Shown: positions 19,569 to 20,000 of the stretch, piece after piece
Layout: each line of letters begins with the position of its first letter
How positions within the stretch are numbered: position 1 is the first letter of the stretch
Assembly (NCBI RefSeq): GCF_011745625.1
Contig: NW_027191463.1
Span: 605,265 to 625,264, forward strand
DNA length: 20,000 nucleotides
Reading direction: 5' to 3'
From: Cladosporium halotolerans
Lineage: Eukaryota
Notes under the pieces: model-generated
Told to the model about the DNA's origin: nothing
The model's input: only the letters and a program-made list of their open reading frames with translations
Databases searched by the model: none
Translations under genes and position numbers: made by a program

Positions 19569-20000
19569 CTATACACTCGATCCTGGCATTTTGTCCTCCA
19601 CTACCGCGCTAGCTTCTATGGCACGCTCGAAGAGGCTTTTGTCAATCGTGATGATACCTGAACGCTGCCAACTCTTCAAGCACATGAGAGAAGCAACCGT
19701 GTCGTCACTCAAACGTCGTCGCCGAGGCGAGATTGCATCGCCGGCCTGACTGAACAAGCGCTCCGGCTCGTCGGCCATAGCAGGCACAGCATATATGTCA
19801 AGCGCCATTGCCGCAAGCTGTGGCCACATCTTTCGTCTGGCTAGCCAGTACTTGATCGGAGAGTCCGCGGAGCTATACGACCGATCCGGCTGCTCGCTGA
19901 GATACTGCTCGAGTTGATCGAGCCCCGAGTCCTCCCCATCAGACCACTCGTCCGCGACGTGTTTGACGCTCTTTTCTCCATTATCGCTATCTGTCCCAGC
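19569..20000 (-). CDS. hAT transposase, C-terminal dimerization region (partial, 5' end outside the window)
   Basis: The frame is open from 20000 to the stop at 19569: DQLEQYLSE...PIKYWLARRKMWPQLAAMALDIYAVPAMADEPERLFSQAG...RRRRLSDDTVASLMCLKSW. This matches the hAT dimerization signature. Confidence 0.92.
   Translation of the reverse strand, partial: AGTDSDNGEKSVKHVADEWSDGEDSGLDQLEQYLSEQPDRSYSSADSPIKYWLARRKMWPQLAAMALDIYAVPAMADEPERLFSQAGDAISPRRRRLSDDTVASLMCLKSWQRSGIITIDKSLFERAIEASAVVEDKMPGSSV

Larger units (their letters stand above)
19421..20000 (-). mobile_element. 3' end of a hAT-superfamily DNA transposon, continuing beyond the window; exact terminus 19421 or 19433
   Basis: A transposase C-terminal domain is followed by an array of GCTTGA subterminal repeats, then an abrupt junction with AtuA-like coding sequence. 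Confidence 0.88.

Overview
Eukaryotic DNA from a filamentous ascomycete, judged by short GT-AG introns with CTAAC/CTGAC-type branch points; Dothideomycete-like is only my guess. The window has two parts. The left part (1-6.2 kb) has a SUMO gene, a peroxisomal acyl-CoA dehydrogenase, a secreted 8-Cys protein and a mucin-like single-pass membrane protein. A ~183 bp solo-LTR-like element follows at 6541-6723. The right part (6.7-19.4 kb) is seven adjacent enzyme genes: SDR, Old Yellow Enzyme, peroxisomal acyl-CoA ligase, a stand-alone ACAD10/11/LvaA-type phosphotransferase, Zn-alcohol dehydrogenase, an SSADH-like aldehyde dehydrogenase and an AtuA (DUF1446)-like gene. This set resembles a fungal, partly peroxisomal blend of the bacterial lva (4-hydroxy/4-oxo acid) and atu (acyclic terpene) catabolic systems; that pathway assignment is inference. 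The cluster looks damaged. The aldehyde dehydrogenase has a 2-nt frameshift, and the AtuA-like gene is cut by a hAT transposon whose transposase C-terminus is still open and runs off the window edge. Exon boundaries were derived by hand from splice signals and frame restoration.
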